Shown here: piece by piece, positions 1 through 14,999 of the stretch | Position numbering within the stretch: position 1 is the stretch's first letter | How the letters are laid out: the number at the start of each line of letters is the position of its first letter | Assembly: GCF_009914755.1 (NCBI RefSeq) | Contig: NC_060947.1 | Length of the DNA: 64,000 nucleotides | From: the human T2T-CHM13v2.0 reference genome, Homo sapiens | Reading direction: 5' to 3' (one strand) | Made by a program: the position numbers and the translations under genes | The notes under the pieces: generated by a model | What the model saw: only the letters and a program-made list of their open reading frames with translations | Told to the model about the DNA's origin: nothing | Database searches by the model: none

Positions 1-147
1 TAGATTTTGGAAATGCAATCCCCAATGATTTGTGGTGGAGTCTGGTGGAAGGTGGGGATGGTGTATGGGCCATGGGGCAGATTCCTTGTGAATGACTTGC
101 TGCCATCCTCAAATATTCCTTTATAGCTATGTAAGCTAATTAACACA
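1..147 (+). mobile_element. MaLR LTR fragment (MST-like), internally deleted
   Basis: MST-like 'aatccccaatg..ggtgga..tcatgggg' is joined directly to the MaLR LTR terminus 'tattcctttatagctatg..taacaca'. The element runs off the window start. Confidence 0.65.
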
Positions 148-673
148 GGCTCACCCATCCAGGATCTCCCCCACCAAAGCTAGCATCTGCCCGCACATGC
201 CAGCTGTGGGCCTGGACACTGGCCTGCCAACAACATTGCAGCCACCACCAATACCAGTGCACACTGCTTAGGACCATGCTGCTATTTCCATCACCCATGC
301 CACATCTGCTGTCCAGGGACCTGAAAACCCACCTGACCTTTCCAACAAATGAAAATCTAACACAAAATACCAAAACCAACGGTATATAGAAAAAACAGTA
401 TGAAGGGAAAGTTTACAGCAAAAAGCACCTTCCTCACAAAAGCAGAAATATTTCAAATAAGTAACCTAATTATGAGCCTCAAGGAGCTATTAAAGTAAAA
501 ATAAGCTAAATCCAAGATTAGAAGAAAAAATAATAAAAGTTAGATAAGAACTAAAGGAAATAGAGATTAAGCAATACCAAAAGTAAACAAGACAAACAAA
601 AAATTTTTAAGACAAACAAGATGAATAAACTCAGTTAGACTAACTAAAAAAAGAACAAAGATGCCAATAAAAG
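148..673 (+). mobile_element. Old L1 (L1MA-type), 5' part: GC-rich 5'UTR piece fused to ORF2 piece
   Basis: GC-rich L1M-like 5'UTR at 148-340, then ORF2-like 'agggaaagtttacagca..aacctaattatgagcctcaagga'. ORF2 resumes colinearly at ~4700. Confidence 0.7.
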
Positions 674-2251
674 TCAGGATAATGTTGGCCTCATAGAATG
701 AGTAGGGAAGGAGTCCCTCCTGCTCAATTGTTTAGAATAGTTTCAGTAGGAATGGTACCAGCTCTTCCTTATACATATGGTAGATTTTGGCTGTAAAACC
801 ATCTGGTCTTGGGCTTTTTCTGGTTGGTACACTTTTAATTATTGACTCAATTTTGGAACTTATTTTGGTCGGTTCAAGAATTCAATTTATTCTTGATTCA
901 ATTTTTGGAGATTGTATGTTTCCAGGAATATATTTATTTCTTCTGGGTTTTCTAGCTTGTGTGAATAGAGGTGTTCATAATAGTCTCTGAGTGATTTCTG
1001 TATTTCTGTGGTAACATCTCCGTTCATTTATGATTATGTTTACTTAGATCCTCTCTGTCTTTTTATGTCTAGCTAGGGATTTATCCATCTTACTAATTCT
1101 TTCAAAAAGAAGCTGCTGGATTTACTAATCTTTTGTATAGTTTTTACATCTCCATTTCCTTCAGTACAGCCCTGATTTTAGTTATTTCTTGTCTTTTGCT
1201 AACCTTGGGGTTAGTTTGCTCTTGTTTTTCCAGTTCCTATAAGTATGATTTTAAGTTGCGAATTTCAAACCTTTCTAACTTTTTGATGTGGACATTTAGT
1301 ACTGTAAACTTCCCAACACTGCTTTGGCTGTGTCCTGGAGAATCTAATATGTTGTATCTTTGTTTTCATTAGTTTCAAAGAATCTCTCGATTTCTGCCTT
1401 AATTTTATTCTTTACTCAATAGTCATTTGGGAGCATATTGTTTAATTTCCATACAACTGTATGGTTTTTGGTAATTTTCTTAGTATTGGTTTTTATTTTA
1501 ATTGCACTATTGTTTGAGAATGTGGTTTGTATGATTTCAGGATTTTTTGAATTTGCAGAAGTTTGTTTTATGCCAATTATGTGGTGAATTTTAGAGTATA
1601 TGGCATGTGTATATGAGAAGAATATATATTCTGCTGTTCTTGGGTGGAGAGTTATTTAGACGTCTTTTAGGTCCATTTGCTCAAGTGTCGGGTTCATGTC
1701 CTGAATATTGTTAGTTTTCTGCCTCCATTATGTGTCTAATACTGGCATGTGGCCATCTCCCACTATTACGGTGTGGTTTATCTAGCACTCTTCATAAGTC
1801 TCCAGGAACTTCCTTTGTATATCTGGGTGCTTCTCTGTTGGCTGCATATGTTAGAATAATTAGGTCCTGTTGTTGAATTGAGCCTTTTTACCACTATATA
1901 ATGCCCTTCTTTATATTTTTCTATCTTTGTTGGCTTAGTCTGTTTTGTCTGAAATTAGAATAACAGCCTCTGCCTTTTTAAGTTTTTCATTTGCTTGGTA
2001 AACTTTTCTCCATTCCTTTACTTTGAGGGTATTGAGTCATTGCATGTGAGATGGGTCTCTTGAAGACTGCATATCATTTTGTTTTGCTTTATGATCACAC
2101 TTGCCACTCTGTCTTTTAATTTGGTGGTCAACCCATTTAGTTTGAAGATTAGTATTGATATGTGCAACTTTCTATCTGTCATCATATTATGTGCAGATTA
2201 TTATGTAGCCTTGTTTGTGTAGCTGCTTTATAGTGTCACAGATCTATGTAT
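674..2251 (-). mobile_element. Inverted 5' segment of an L1PA13-16-like insertion (inter-ORF, endonuclease and start of the RT region)
   Basis: Antisense L1 ORF2 starting 'tcaggataatgttggcctcatagaatgag' and ending in inter-ORF sequence. Confidence 0.9.
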
Positions 2252-4694
2252 TGATACCAAAACCTGGCAGAGGTACAGCAAAAAAGAGAACTTCAGGCCA
2301 ATATCCTTGTTGAATATAGACCCAAAAATACTCAAAAAATACTAGCAAACTGAAACCAGCAGCACATCAAAAAGCTATTCCACCATTATTAAGTAGGCTT
2401 TACCCCTGGGATGCAAGGTAGGTTGAAATATGAAGAACAGTATATATGATTTACCACATAAACAGAACTGAAAATGAAAACCATATAATCATCCCAATGG
2501 ATGTAGAAGTCGATTTAAGTAAAATTCAATATCCATTTATGTTAAAAAAAAAAAAACCTTAAACTAGGCATTGAAATATACCTCCAAATAATAAGAGCCA
2601 TCTATGACAAAACCACAGCCAACATCATACTGAATGGGCAAAAGCTGAAAATATTCCCTAGAAAACAGGAAAAATATAAGGGTGCCCTTTCTCACAACTC
2701 CAATTCAACATAGTCTGGCAGCACTAGCAAGAGCAGTTAGGAAAGATAAATAAATAAAAGGCATCCAAATAGGATGAAAGAAATTAAAATTGTTCCTGTT
2801 TGCAGACAATGTGATTCTTTACAAAGAAAACCCCACTATCTCTGTCCAACAGTTTTTTAATCTGATAAACAACTAGAGTAAATTTTCAAGATACAAAATC
2901 TATGTACAAAAATAAGCAGCATTTCTGTACAGAAACAACATCCAAGCTGAAGGCCAAATCAAGAATGCAATTCCATTCACAATAGCAACAAAATTAATAA
3001 AATACTCAGGAATACAGCTAACCAAGGAGGTGAAAGACCTCTACAATAAGAGTGATAAACCACTGCTCAAAGAAATCAGATATAACACAAACAAGTGGAA
3101 AAACATTCCCAGCTTATTGATAGGAATAATAAATTTTGTGAAAATGGCTATACAGCCCAAAGCAATTTACAACTTCAATGCTATACCTATCAAACTACCA
3201 ATGACATTCATTACAGAATTAGAAAAAAAAACATTTTAAATTTCAAATGGCACCAAAAAAGAGCCCAAATTGCCAAGGTAATCCTAAGAAGAAAAATAAG
3301 CTGGAGGCATTACATTACTCAATTTCCAACTATACTACAAAGCTGCAGTAACCAAAACAGCGTGGAACTGGTACAAAAACAGACACATAGACCAATGGAA
3401 CAGAATAGAGAGCCCAGAAATTATACCACATACCTACAACCAGCTGATTTTTGACACAATTAAAAAAATGGGAAAAGAACTCTATTCAATTCAGGGTGCA
3501 GGAATAACTGGCAAGCCATATGCAGAAAATTCAAACTGGACTCCTTCCTTATATCATATACAAAAATAAACTTAGGATGAATTAAAGTCTTAGATGTAAA
3601 ATCTCAAACTATAAACATTCTGGAAGACAACTTGGTAATACCATTCTGGTCATACCATCTGGGAAGGATTTCATAATGAAGACACCAAAAGCAATCACAA
3701 CAAATCCAAAAATTGACAAATGGTATCTAATTAAACTAAAGAGCTTCTGCACAGCAAAAGAAACTATCAACAGAGTAAACAGACAACCTACAGAATGGTA
3801 GAGAATATTTGAAAAATATGCATCTGACAAAGCTGTAATATCCAGAATCCATAGGAAACTTAAATTTACAAGCAAAATCAAGCAACCCCATTAAAATCGG
3901 GCAAAGCACATAATCAGACACTTTTCCAAAGAAGGCATATGCATAGCCAAAAAGCATTTGAAAAAGTGCTCAACATTACTGATCATTAGAGAAATGTAAA
4001 TCAAAACCACAATGATATACCATCTCATGCAGTCTGAATGGCTATTATTAAAGAAGTAAAAAAATAATGATGACAAGGTTGTTGGAAAAAGGAAGTACTT
4101 ATACACTGTTGGTGGGAATGTAAATTCAGCCATTGTGGAAAGCAGTTTTTGATTCCTCAAAGAACTTAAAACAGAATAACCATTCCACCCAATAATCCCA
4201 TTATCAGGTATATACCCAAAAGAATATAAATTGTTCTATCATAAAGACACATGCATATGTTCATCAAAACACTATTCACAATAGTAATGACATAAAATCA
4301 ACCCAAATGCCCATTAAGAGTAGACTATATACAGAAACTGTGATATATATACACATGGAATACTACCCAACCATTAAAGAATGAGATTCTATGTCGTTTT
4401 CAGCAACATGGATGAAGCTGGAGTCCATTATCCCAAGCAAACTAACACAGGAACAAAAAGCCAAATACCACATGTTCTCACCTATAGTGAGAACTAAATT
4501 TTGAGTACATCTGGACACAAAGAGAATAACAGACACAAGGGCCTTGAAGGTGGATGGAGGGAGGAAAATATTACCTAGGTGACAAAATAATCTGGACACT
4601 AAACCAATGTGACATGCAATTTACCTATATACCAAACCTGCACAGGTATCCCTGAACCTAAAATAAAAGTTAAGAAAAATAAAAAATAAAAAAG
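2252..4694 (+). mobile_element. 3' segment of the same L1PA13-16-like element (decayed ORF2 RT, 3'UTR, A-tail)
   Basis: 'tgataccaaaacctggcag', 'ctgtttgcagacaatgtg' (LFADD relic), ORF2 fragments 3030-3239 and 3095-3454, 3' end 'cctgaacctaaaataaaagttaagaaaaataaaaaataaa'. Confidence 0.92.
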
Positions 4695-7600
4695 AAGGCC
4701 TTAGATTGGATGCTACAGAAATAAAAAAGATTTTCAGAGACTCTTATGAGCAACTATACACTAAAATACTATAAAACCTAAAATAAATGCATACGTTCTT
4801 AGACATTTACAACTTACATAGTTTGAATTAAAAAAAATAGAAAATTTGAGCAAGCCAATAAGAAGTAATGAGATCAAAATAGTAAGAAAATGTTTATCAA
4901 AGCAAAAGTCCAGAACTACATAGGTTTATTAGTGACTTCTACCAATTTTTCAAATAAGAACTAATAACAATTCTCCTCAAACCATTCAAAAAAAAAAATT
5001 TGAAGAGAAAGGCACTCTCTCGAACTCATTGTACAAGGTCAGCATTTCCCTTACAACAAAACCAGACAAATATGCAAGATAAAAAGAACACAATAGGCCA
5101 ATATTCCTGATTAACACAGATACAAACATCTTCAATAAAATACTAGCAAATTGGATGTAATAGCGTATCAAAAAGTTATAAACCATGATCATGTGGGATT
5201 TGTTTAAGAGATGCTAGGATACTGTAACATATTGAAATCAATAATCATAATACATCACAACAACAGAATGAAAGACAAAAAACATATGATCATTTCAATA
5301 GATATAGAAAAAAATTCAACATCTGTTGATGATAAAAACTCTTACCAAACTAAACATAGAAGAAATGCACTTCAACATAATACAGGCCACATATTAAAAA
5401 CCCACTGCTAACATCATACTAAATGAGGAAAAGTTAAAAGCCTTTTCTCTAACAACAAGATAATGATGCCCACTTTTATCATTCCTATTTAGCATAATAC
5501 TGGAAGTCTTATAGCAATCAGGCAAGAGATGCAAATAATAGACATGAAAATTGGAAAAGAGAAAGTCAAATAGTCCCTGTGTCCTGATAATGTGATCTTA
5601 TATATAGAAAAACATAAAGTCTTTACTAAAAAACTTATACCTGATAAATTCAGTAATGTTATATGATACAAAATCAGTATAGAAAAATCAGTAATGTTTC
5701 TATACACTAGTACTGAACCAGTTGAGAAAGACAAAATAAAGCAATTCTATTTACATTAGCTACAATAAAATAAACTGAAATGCCTATAAATGCATTTAAT
5801 CAAGAAGATGAATATCTCTACAAAGAAAACTGCAAAATATTGATGAAAGCAATTAAAGAGGAAACAAAGAAATGGAAAGACATCTCTTGCTCATGTCTCA
5901 GAAGAATTAATATTGTTAAAATAGCCATAACACCTAAAACAATCTATACATTCAATAAAATCCCTATGAAAATACCAATGTCACTTTTCTCGTAAATAGA
6001 AAAGACATTCCCCAAATTTTATGGAATCGAAAAAGAGCTCAAATAGCCAACAAAATCCTGAACAAAAAGAATAAAGCTGAAGGCATCACACTACCTAACG
6101 TCAAAATATATTACAAGGCTATAGTAACCAAAACATCATGGTACAGGTATGAAAATATATACTTAGACCAATAAAACAGAACAGAGAATCCAGAAAAATA
6201 AATTAACATATTTGTAGCCAATTGATTTTTGACGAAGTGGCCAAGAACACACATTGGGTAAATAAAGGGTGCTGGAAAAATTGAATATCCATATGCAGAA
6301 GAAAACTGGACCCCTATCTTTCACCATCTACAAAAATCAACTCAAGATGAATCAAAGGTTTAAATGTAACACCAGAAACTATGTAACTACTAGAAGAAAA
6401 TATGGGGAAACACTTCAGAACATTGGTCTAGGCAAGTATTTTGTGGCTAAGACCTAAATGGCACAGACAACTATAACAAAAATATACAAATGGGACTATA
6501 TTAAACTAAAGAGCTTCTGCAGGCTGAGCATGATGGCTCATGCCTATAACCCCAGCATTTTGAGAGGCCAGGATGAGAGAATTCTTGAAGCCAGTAGTTC
6601 AAGCCCAGCCTGACTGACACAGCAAGACCTCATCTCTACAAAAAATGTTTTACAAAATTAGGCAAGGATGGTGGTGTACACCTGTAGTCCCAGCTTCTTG
6701 GGAGGATCACTTAAGCACAGGAATTCAAGGCTGCAGTGAGCTATTATCATGCTATGGAGAAAATATTTGCAAACTGTCAGTCTGATAAGAAACCAATATT
6801 TACAATATATAAGGAACTCAACTCAACAGTTTTTTAAACATTCTATTAAAAAATGAAGAACATAAATTGATATTTCTCAAAAAAGACATACAAATGGCCA
6901 ACCGTTATATTAAAAAATGCTTAATATCACTAATCATCAGGGAAATGCAAATCAAAACTACGAGATATCATGTTATCCCAGTTAGAATAGCTATTATTAA
7001 AAAGTAAAAACAAAACCGCCAAATGTTGATGAGGATGAAAAGAAAACTCTTATACACTGATGATGGGAAGGCAAACCAACAAAGCCACTATGAAGTATGA
7101 AGCTTCCTCAAAAAAGTAAAAATAAAACTACCATATTGTCCAGCAATCCCATTATTGGGCATTTATCCAAAGGAAAGGAAATTGGCATATCAAAGAGACA
7201 TCTACATCCCCATGTTTATTGAAGCACTATTTACAATAACCAAGATACGGAATCAACTTGAGTACCCATCAACAGGTGAATGTATAAAGAAAATATAAAA
7301 CAATGAAATACTATTAAGCCATAAAAAGGAATAAAATCATGTCATCTTCAGCAACATAGATGGAACTGGAGGTCATTATGTTAAGTGTAATGGGCCAGGC
7401 ACAGAGAAACAAATATCATATAGTCTCAATCATATGTGGGAGCTAATAAAGTTGGTTTTATGGAAGCAGAGAGCAGACTGATAGATACCAGAAGCTGAGA
7501 ATGGTGTGTGCATGGGAGGGGGTCATGAAGAGAGGTTGGTTAATGGGTATAAACATAGAGTTAGGCAGAAGATGTAAACTGTAATGTTCAGTAGCAGAGT

Positions 7601-7808
7601 AAGGTGACTACAGTTAGCAACAATGTATTGTATATTTCAAAATAGCTAGAAAAGACTTCAAATGTCCCCAACACATAGAAATAAGTACTCAAGTGATGAA
7701 TACACGAAATGACCTTGATTATTAACCATTCTATACATGTAATAAATACTAACATGTACCCTATAAATATGTATAACCTTATGTATCAATTTAAAAACAA
7801 AAAATTAA
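4695..7808 (+). mobile_element. Old L1MA (L1MA3/4-like) ORF2 and 3'UTR, continuing 148-673; interrupted by an Alu
   Basis: Frameshifted ORF2 (ORFs 5211, 5780, 6269) and an L1MA-type 3'UTR ending 'catgtaccctataaatatgtataac..tcaatttaaaaa'. Confidence 0.88.
6522..6754 (+). mobile_element. AluJ, 3' end deleted
   Basis: 'ggctgagcatgatggctcatgcctataacccca', with J-type 'ggaggatcacttaagc..ttcaaggctgcagtgagctat'. No tail; adjoining L1 sequence is also missing. Confidence 0.85.
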
Positions 7809-9532
7809 AATTATTACAAATGGGTGGAAATTTAAGACGTGAAAGTATCATAGTTCAGAGTGACAATTGGGTCTTATGCCAAGTTGACATATGTCAGTAT
7901 TCTAACAATTAGGCTTGGATACAAAATGTCAGAATCCAAGCAATTTCAACAACGGAATCATGAGTGAGAACAGGAATTTAATCTATGTTGGAGACTTACT
8001 TTGTAGATTTCCCAATATACATTTTATTGAGTAAAGGAACTAGGCTAAAACTATAGTCATTCCCCAGAGGAAAGAAGTGGAGATATTTAGCTAGATTTGA
8101 AATAAAAAACCAGGTAAATCCTCATAGCTCTTGTACAAAGTTTTCCAGTGTGTGTAAAAGTTAGGTCAATGCAAGTTTTAAAAATTCACCATTAATCAGA
8201 CACATTGCAATAATTAATAATCTATAAATTGTAATCAAATTTAGTAGTCTCAGTCTTAAGTACATTTTTATTTCTAGTCATTATACAAAATTGAAAGAAA
8301 AATATTTTACAACTCTGAAAAATAGAAATAGACACAAGCACAATGTACTGCTGTATAAAAATATTTATATGTTTATAATGCGCTAATCCTCACTGATAGG
8401 ATATTAGCCATCAGTTAAATATACTATTCAGTTGGTATCAACATAGGCATGATTATTCACTAACAGGTATTAATGTTGTGATTTCTAGAGGCCCAAGAGA
8501 GTGGCAGAGTAAATTATGAAAACATCTGTCTTGAAAATATAAAACTATTTTTTCAGGAATCATTAACAAGGGCTAATAGCTACTGCCAATGAAAATAAAT
8601 CCTCGGTGGCCTGTAGTAATGATTCTAATTATTTAATTTACACTTACTGTTTCTGTTCCCATTTCAGCCTTTCAACAAAATTGTGTTTTTCCCTCATTCA
8701 TTGTCAGCATGCAAATGTGTTTCCATCTCAATAAATAACACTTTAATTGTTAAAATGTAAGCCATTGTCTTATTAAACATCAGTGTCCAGTCTAATGCAA
8801 AATAAAGTAGCCTAGTAATTAACCATTGTACCACACAACAATGCCCTGATAAACACTGAAAAGAGTATTCCAGTATTCAAAAAGTATTTTTCTCTAAAAG
8901 TATTTTTCTCTATAAAGTACATCGAGGTAATAATTTTGCCTGACTATACTATTGTGTGTGCAACTGTGGAGATATAGTAAGAAGCTCATGATGAGAACAA
9001 ACTGAGAAATACTTTACATACTATGCATATGCATTTGAAGTTACTTTGCGTATATTTATAACAAAAAATAAATACATTACAAAACACAGTCAAGTCAGTT
9101 GAAGTTAGGAGAAACTTTAATGATTATCCAATTGAAACTCTGAATGATTGAACTTACTCCAAATAATAATAGCAGTTGGTTTTCTAAATCCTACTTAAAA
9201 TTTTCAGTGTTATTAAACAAATGGCCACCCAAAGTATTCTATTGCATTCTTAAATAGCTCTAATTGACAGATATTTCTTCTTTATTTGGTATTATCTGTG
9301 CCTCTGGCATTTTATCTCTGAGGGTACTCATGGAATATTTCTAATATGTGAAGAGAGCTAAATGTACCCTCAAACAACGAAGTCTTATTTTTAATAAAAT
9401 TTAATCATTTTAACCATACTGTGCATCAATAAAATTATTGCTACAACTGTGGAACTTTACATACATCTTTAATAAATTTTATTTGCATAGATACAACTAA
9501 CATTCTGATGTATCTAATTTATGTTTTGGTTC

Positions 9533-9949
9533 TGTTAAATCAAGTTTAGCCTAAAGCTGTGTCTTTACATATTTTAAGTTTGGCCTTAAAGTTTCTCTGT
9601 ACATCATGAACTATAACCTAAATGGAATTGTAATCAGACTGTAACTACTCTTGTGCCAATCACCAAGATTTGGCCAATCTAATGTGGCCAACTGTTTAAA
9701 CAGTGTTCAAATAAGACAATCAGGGAGCTATAACCAATTCAGCTGTTTATGTACCTCACTTCCATTTTCTGTACATCACTTTCTTTTTTTTTGTCCATAA
9801 ATATTCTTCCACCACGTGGCTGCACTGAAGTCTCTGAGCCTACTCTGGTTCAGGAGACTGCCTGATTCACAAATTGTTCTTTGCCCAATTCAACTCTTTA
9901 AAATTTAATTTGGCTAAAGTTTTTAGTTTCTTTTTTTTTTTTTTAAACA
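9533..9949 (+). mobile_element. 5' LTR of a MER57-type ERV1 provirus
   Basis: TG...CA termini, 'tgttaaatcaagtttagcctaaagctg', repeated at 16327-16723; several CCAAT boxes. Confidence 0.9.
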
Positions 9950-9951
9950 GA

Positions 9952-9969
9952 TGGTATCAGAATTGGGAT
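9952..9969 (+). promoter_or_regulatory. Retroviral primer-binding site, tRNA-Leu type
   Basis: TGGTATCAGAATTGGGAT matches TGGTGTCAGAAGTGGGAT (complement of the tRNA-Leu 3' end) at 16/18 and sits just after the 5' LTR. Confidence 0.8.
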
Positions 9970-12900
9970 CTGAAGTAGAGCTTCTAATGACCCCCAGGAG
10001 CGCAGAGTGACCAAGTGAGGTACTCACCTGGCCCATTGTGTCCATTGCTCTCTTGGAGCAGTTGTGGATCATGGTAAGTTCTCTCTCGGACTCTGAAGCT
10101 CCACAGATTTGTGTTTTAAGCTGAGTTTCTTTGAGCAAATTTCTGATCCAAGCTGGGTCTGGAAGTCACAACAGAAACTAAACTGGGTCCAGGATCGGAT
10201 TGGATCCAGTAATTAATTGGCTTGGATCCAGTTAGAGGCCTCTTATGTTTGACTGGGTCAGAAAGAACCTGGTAGTAAATGGCAATATTGCAGGGGGTGT
10301 AAAATTTGGCTTTTGGAAATTTGCAGGGATTTTTGTGTTCTACACCTGTTTCATTTTTCCTGCCTGCTTAGGGAGGGAAAAATATCATTGGCTAAGTTTA
10401 TCAAGGGAACCTGAGAGCCAAAGCCAATATTTCAGATAAAAACGGGATCCTTAATTTCTGAAGAAATGAGTTCTGACTTATACATGCATAACTATTAGGC
10501 CCCAGAAGCAGCGAAGTCTTACAAAAACAATGAAATCTTACTAAAGAAAAGTTACGGTGGAATGTTCCAAATTAGCAACGCTGCACTGAAGTGCATTTGA
10601 AAATGAGTGTTCCCAAATTAGTCTCATCGAGAAATGCCTATTGATATGGAGAAGCTTCTGAAAAGATTACAATATTTTTTATTTAAAGAAAGACTGTATA
10701 AAAGACAAATAAAAAGTATAAGTGACTAATTGATTTAAAAATTATATCTGTTAACCGTTTGGCTTACTGTTTCATGCGAAAACTGGAAAGAAAGCTACTC
10801 TAGATAAGGTATTTATAAAAGGTGGACCCTCAGGTAAAACAGGCTTGCTTGTTTTTCAGATCTATTTATGCTTAGTCCAGGCATACACTGCTTTGTTGGC
10901 TCTATTCTTTAATGAACTTCACCCATTACCGTAAACTCAGTAATTTTAGGTAAAAAAACAGTAACTAAGTTAAAAAAAAAATCCTATTTAACTAAAATAT
11001 ACTTTTCTGGAATTTAATTGCCTATCTTGAAACTCTTTTGTAAAAGAAATTTACATCTATAAAGGAAATTTCCATTCTTAAGGATGTCTGCTTACATATA
11101 TTAGAAACTCTTACCATTCTTTTAAATTTATATAATAAGTCATACCTATGTTTAAGACACTTTTCTGGCCATCTTAAGTGAACTTTTGAGTAGTTTTTTT
11201 CCCTTGGTTTGAACAAATGACGATGCAATATTTAGCCCTAAAATCTTAGCTCTGTGCATATGAAATATAAAATTTTGGGGGGTCCCACTTAAGAGTTGTC
11301 CCTTTAGAAATGAAAATTTGTTGCTTTTTTAACAATTGCTTAAGGCAATTAAACTGAAAATTGGATGACTCATAGAATGAATGGGGAGAAGAAAAATACA
11401 TTTAAAAGCTAGCAAATGAAAATCCTTTATGAGCACTATAAGATCTGTTTCTATGTGTTTGTATCTCTGTATGTGTTACGTGTATATAATTATTTGATAA
11501 ATAAAGCTAGGTTCTAAATTGTTGGTAAAATAGAAATGGTTTCAAAATTATCAGTTAAATACAATTAGATACTTGCTTGATTTGACTGTGAGCTAATATC
11601 TTTGGTTTAGAGTCTCTGGATTCACAGGTCTGGATAGGGAGCCACAATGAGGTTAGGATATGTGTTTCCTGCCTAGCCCAGAAGTTACAAGTCAGAATCA
11701 AGCCTAATATGGCTCCTTATTCCTCTGCTTTCTCTGTTTCGCCTACTAGCTATCTTGGGAGAGGTTGGATCCTCCAGGTATAGTCTTCTCAGCTCTTTTC
11801 GTCTGTCCTGATGGACTCAGACAGGCCTTGACCTTCATAGCCCTTCTGGGTGCCATGTGGCTACTTGAGACCTAGAATTACTGGGGGATATTAGGAAAGC
11901 CACCTGTGTCATAGTTTCAAAATTCTTTTTAGCTTAAACTATTGGAGTCATGCTATGTTAAATTAAGTAATAGATAATTACAAAATATCTGAGGCATCTG
12001 TAAGATACAAAAATATTAATTATTAAAAATGAGTTTGTCTATATAATGACATGTTATTTTTACATGGTATAGAAAAGCTAAATATTTTTAGATCTGTTAA
12101 TAAATAATAATTTGAAAAACTATTTTTTGAAAAAATTATAAAATATTTTTTATTTACAAATACCAATGTAAAGAATTTCAAAATAACTTCCTAGGGTTTT
12201 CACTAGAAATTCAAGTTACTAATAGTTAAAACTGCTAGATATGAGAGAAACAATTTTGTATACAGACTCTATAAAGAAAACCAAAATACACATTTGATGA
12301 GGAAAGTTATAAAGGCAAAAATGTGTATTAACATTTTTGTCTAATTTAAAATTACTCAAATATTTCAAATTGAAGGAGTAAAAAATAGACAAAACAATAT
12401 ATAAATATAGAAAGTTGTGGAAAATGTAAAATGAAAAGCTTATGAAAATCATGTGGTTAAAATATGATAGATTTTATTTATTTATGAGGCTTTATTAAAA
12501 TTAGTTTTAATATTAAAAATATATTGATACAAAAGTAAAATTTGATTTTCTCTTTTGAAAAAAATTTGTATAGTATTAATAAGACACAGTAAAACATTTT
12601 TGTTCACTTTTTGAGCAAATCACAAAAAAAAAAGAAGAAAGAAAAAGAGATTCTGTCTCATGCTATCTTAGGTCTTTTAATTGTTTGGAAAACTGAGTCT
12701 CCTTTATCTAAGAGTATAGGTTTTTGTTTTTAAAAATCTTTTAATTATCACTTTGTTTAAATGAATGACTATTGTTTTATGGTGACCTGTGATCTTATTT
12801 GGGTCAAGTGTTTTAAACCTTTGACATATTTGACAGCTTCTCAAAACCAACTTTCAGCTTTAAAATTAAGTCTTTCTTGACCTCTAACTTTGGGATGCTG

Positions 12901-13437
12901 CCCAAAGTTAGGGGCATCCTCTAACCCTAAGGCATCCAAAGAGAGGTAAATAGGATTATTTGACATGTTAAGTTACATGGGAAATACTGTCATACAAGAA
13001 ATAATGTTTAACTTTATTCAGTTTATATTTTAATCAATATTATTAATATATGTTCCAAAATTATATGGGATTCAAAAAATTCTGTCTGTGTATATGCTAT
13101 GAATCCTGATTATGGTTATTATGTTAAATTATTGTAGACCACAGAAATAACCAAATTTCCTTGTCAATTATGTCTTTATGACTGAAGTTATTTCCACAGT
13201 TAATTATTATGCAGTTTCTGAAAATTTCACAAGCACACAAAGTTCTAGAATATGATGTCTTTAAGGAGGTTCATGAAAAGAAGGAAAGCACCCTGAAAAG
13301 AACCCTTTAATACAGATTTTTAATAACTTTGGAATCATATATTTTGGGCTGGGTAAGAATTCAAAGAACCTTAATGAAAAGACTGACTGGTTTATAAAAC
13401 TATCAACCCAAAAAGAATAAAAATTACTTGAATACCA

Positions 13438-13731
<294 letters not shown>

Positions 13732-14009
13732 TACTTGAATACCAATAAATACTTTGCCAGATTTTCATGCTGTATCAGTCAAAACTGAAATTTTGTAGAT
13801 ATGAAATTTGAATGAACTCCATGGTCTAATTCAAATTACCTGTGATAATTCATCAGTTATCAGTGCTATGCACCCAGATTGGAAAAACAACTAGTATTCA
13901 AGAGGACCTAAGTCTGTTCAATGTTTAAGCATGGACTCATAGAGAACTAGGACGGTTGCTTTGTCCTTCATGAGTCCTTAAAGCTTTTGTTATTAAAAGT
14001 TCTCCATTC

Positions 14010-14489
<480 letters not shown>

Positions 14490-14999
14490 TCAGGTACATT
14501 ATACTTCCTGATGAGCCATTTAAATATTTATAGAGGGATTTCATTCAATTGTCATTTTCAGTGAATATTTTCTAGTTGTATAAATGTTTTCCCAGGCAAA
14601 AGGGCTGATGTTACAGCAGTAGCTCATTATGCCACAGTGTGTTTTTACCAGGTAAAAAAAGCTTTTCATGGTTCACTGATTAAGGACAATCAACCCCTCC
14701 ATAATATAAAACCCAAAAATTGGATCTTCTGAGAATGTCAAAGAAAAGCTGCCCTTGACATCCATACTGCAGCAAAACTTCAGGACCTTAAACTTTGGAT
14801 TTATAATCTCAACTCAGAAGCATCCCTCCACACTCTTGGAACTGTACACCCATTGGAAGCCTTAAGATAAAGCTAACTAGGAAAGTTTCTCCCAAGAAGA
14901 AGATGGCATCCTTGATGTGAACAGCTTTTTGCTAAGATCATCAATCAAGACTTCTCTCCTATCATGATACTCTTATTTTGGAATTTTCCCCTTGCTTAT

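Noticed and set aside
8881-8919. 16-bp tandem duplication aaagtatttttctcta
   Set aside because: Ordinary slippage duplication in AT-rich DNA.
9952-9969. tRNA gene
   Set aside because: Only 18 nt complementary to a tRNA 3' end, i.e. a primer-binding site; no cloverleaf.
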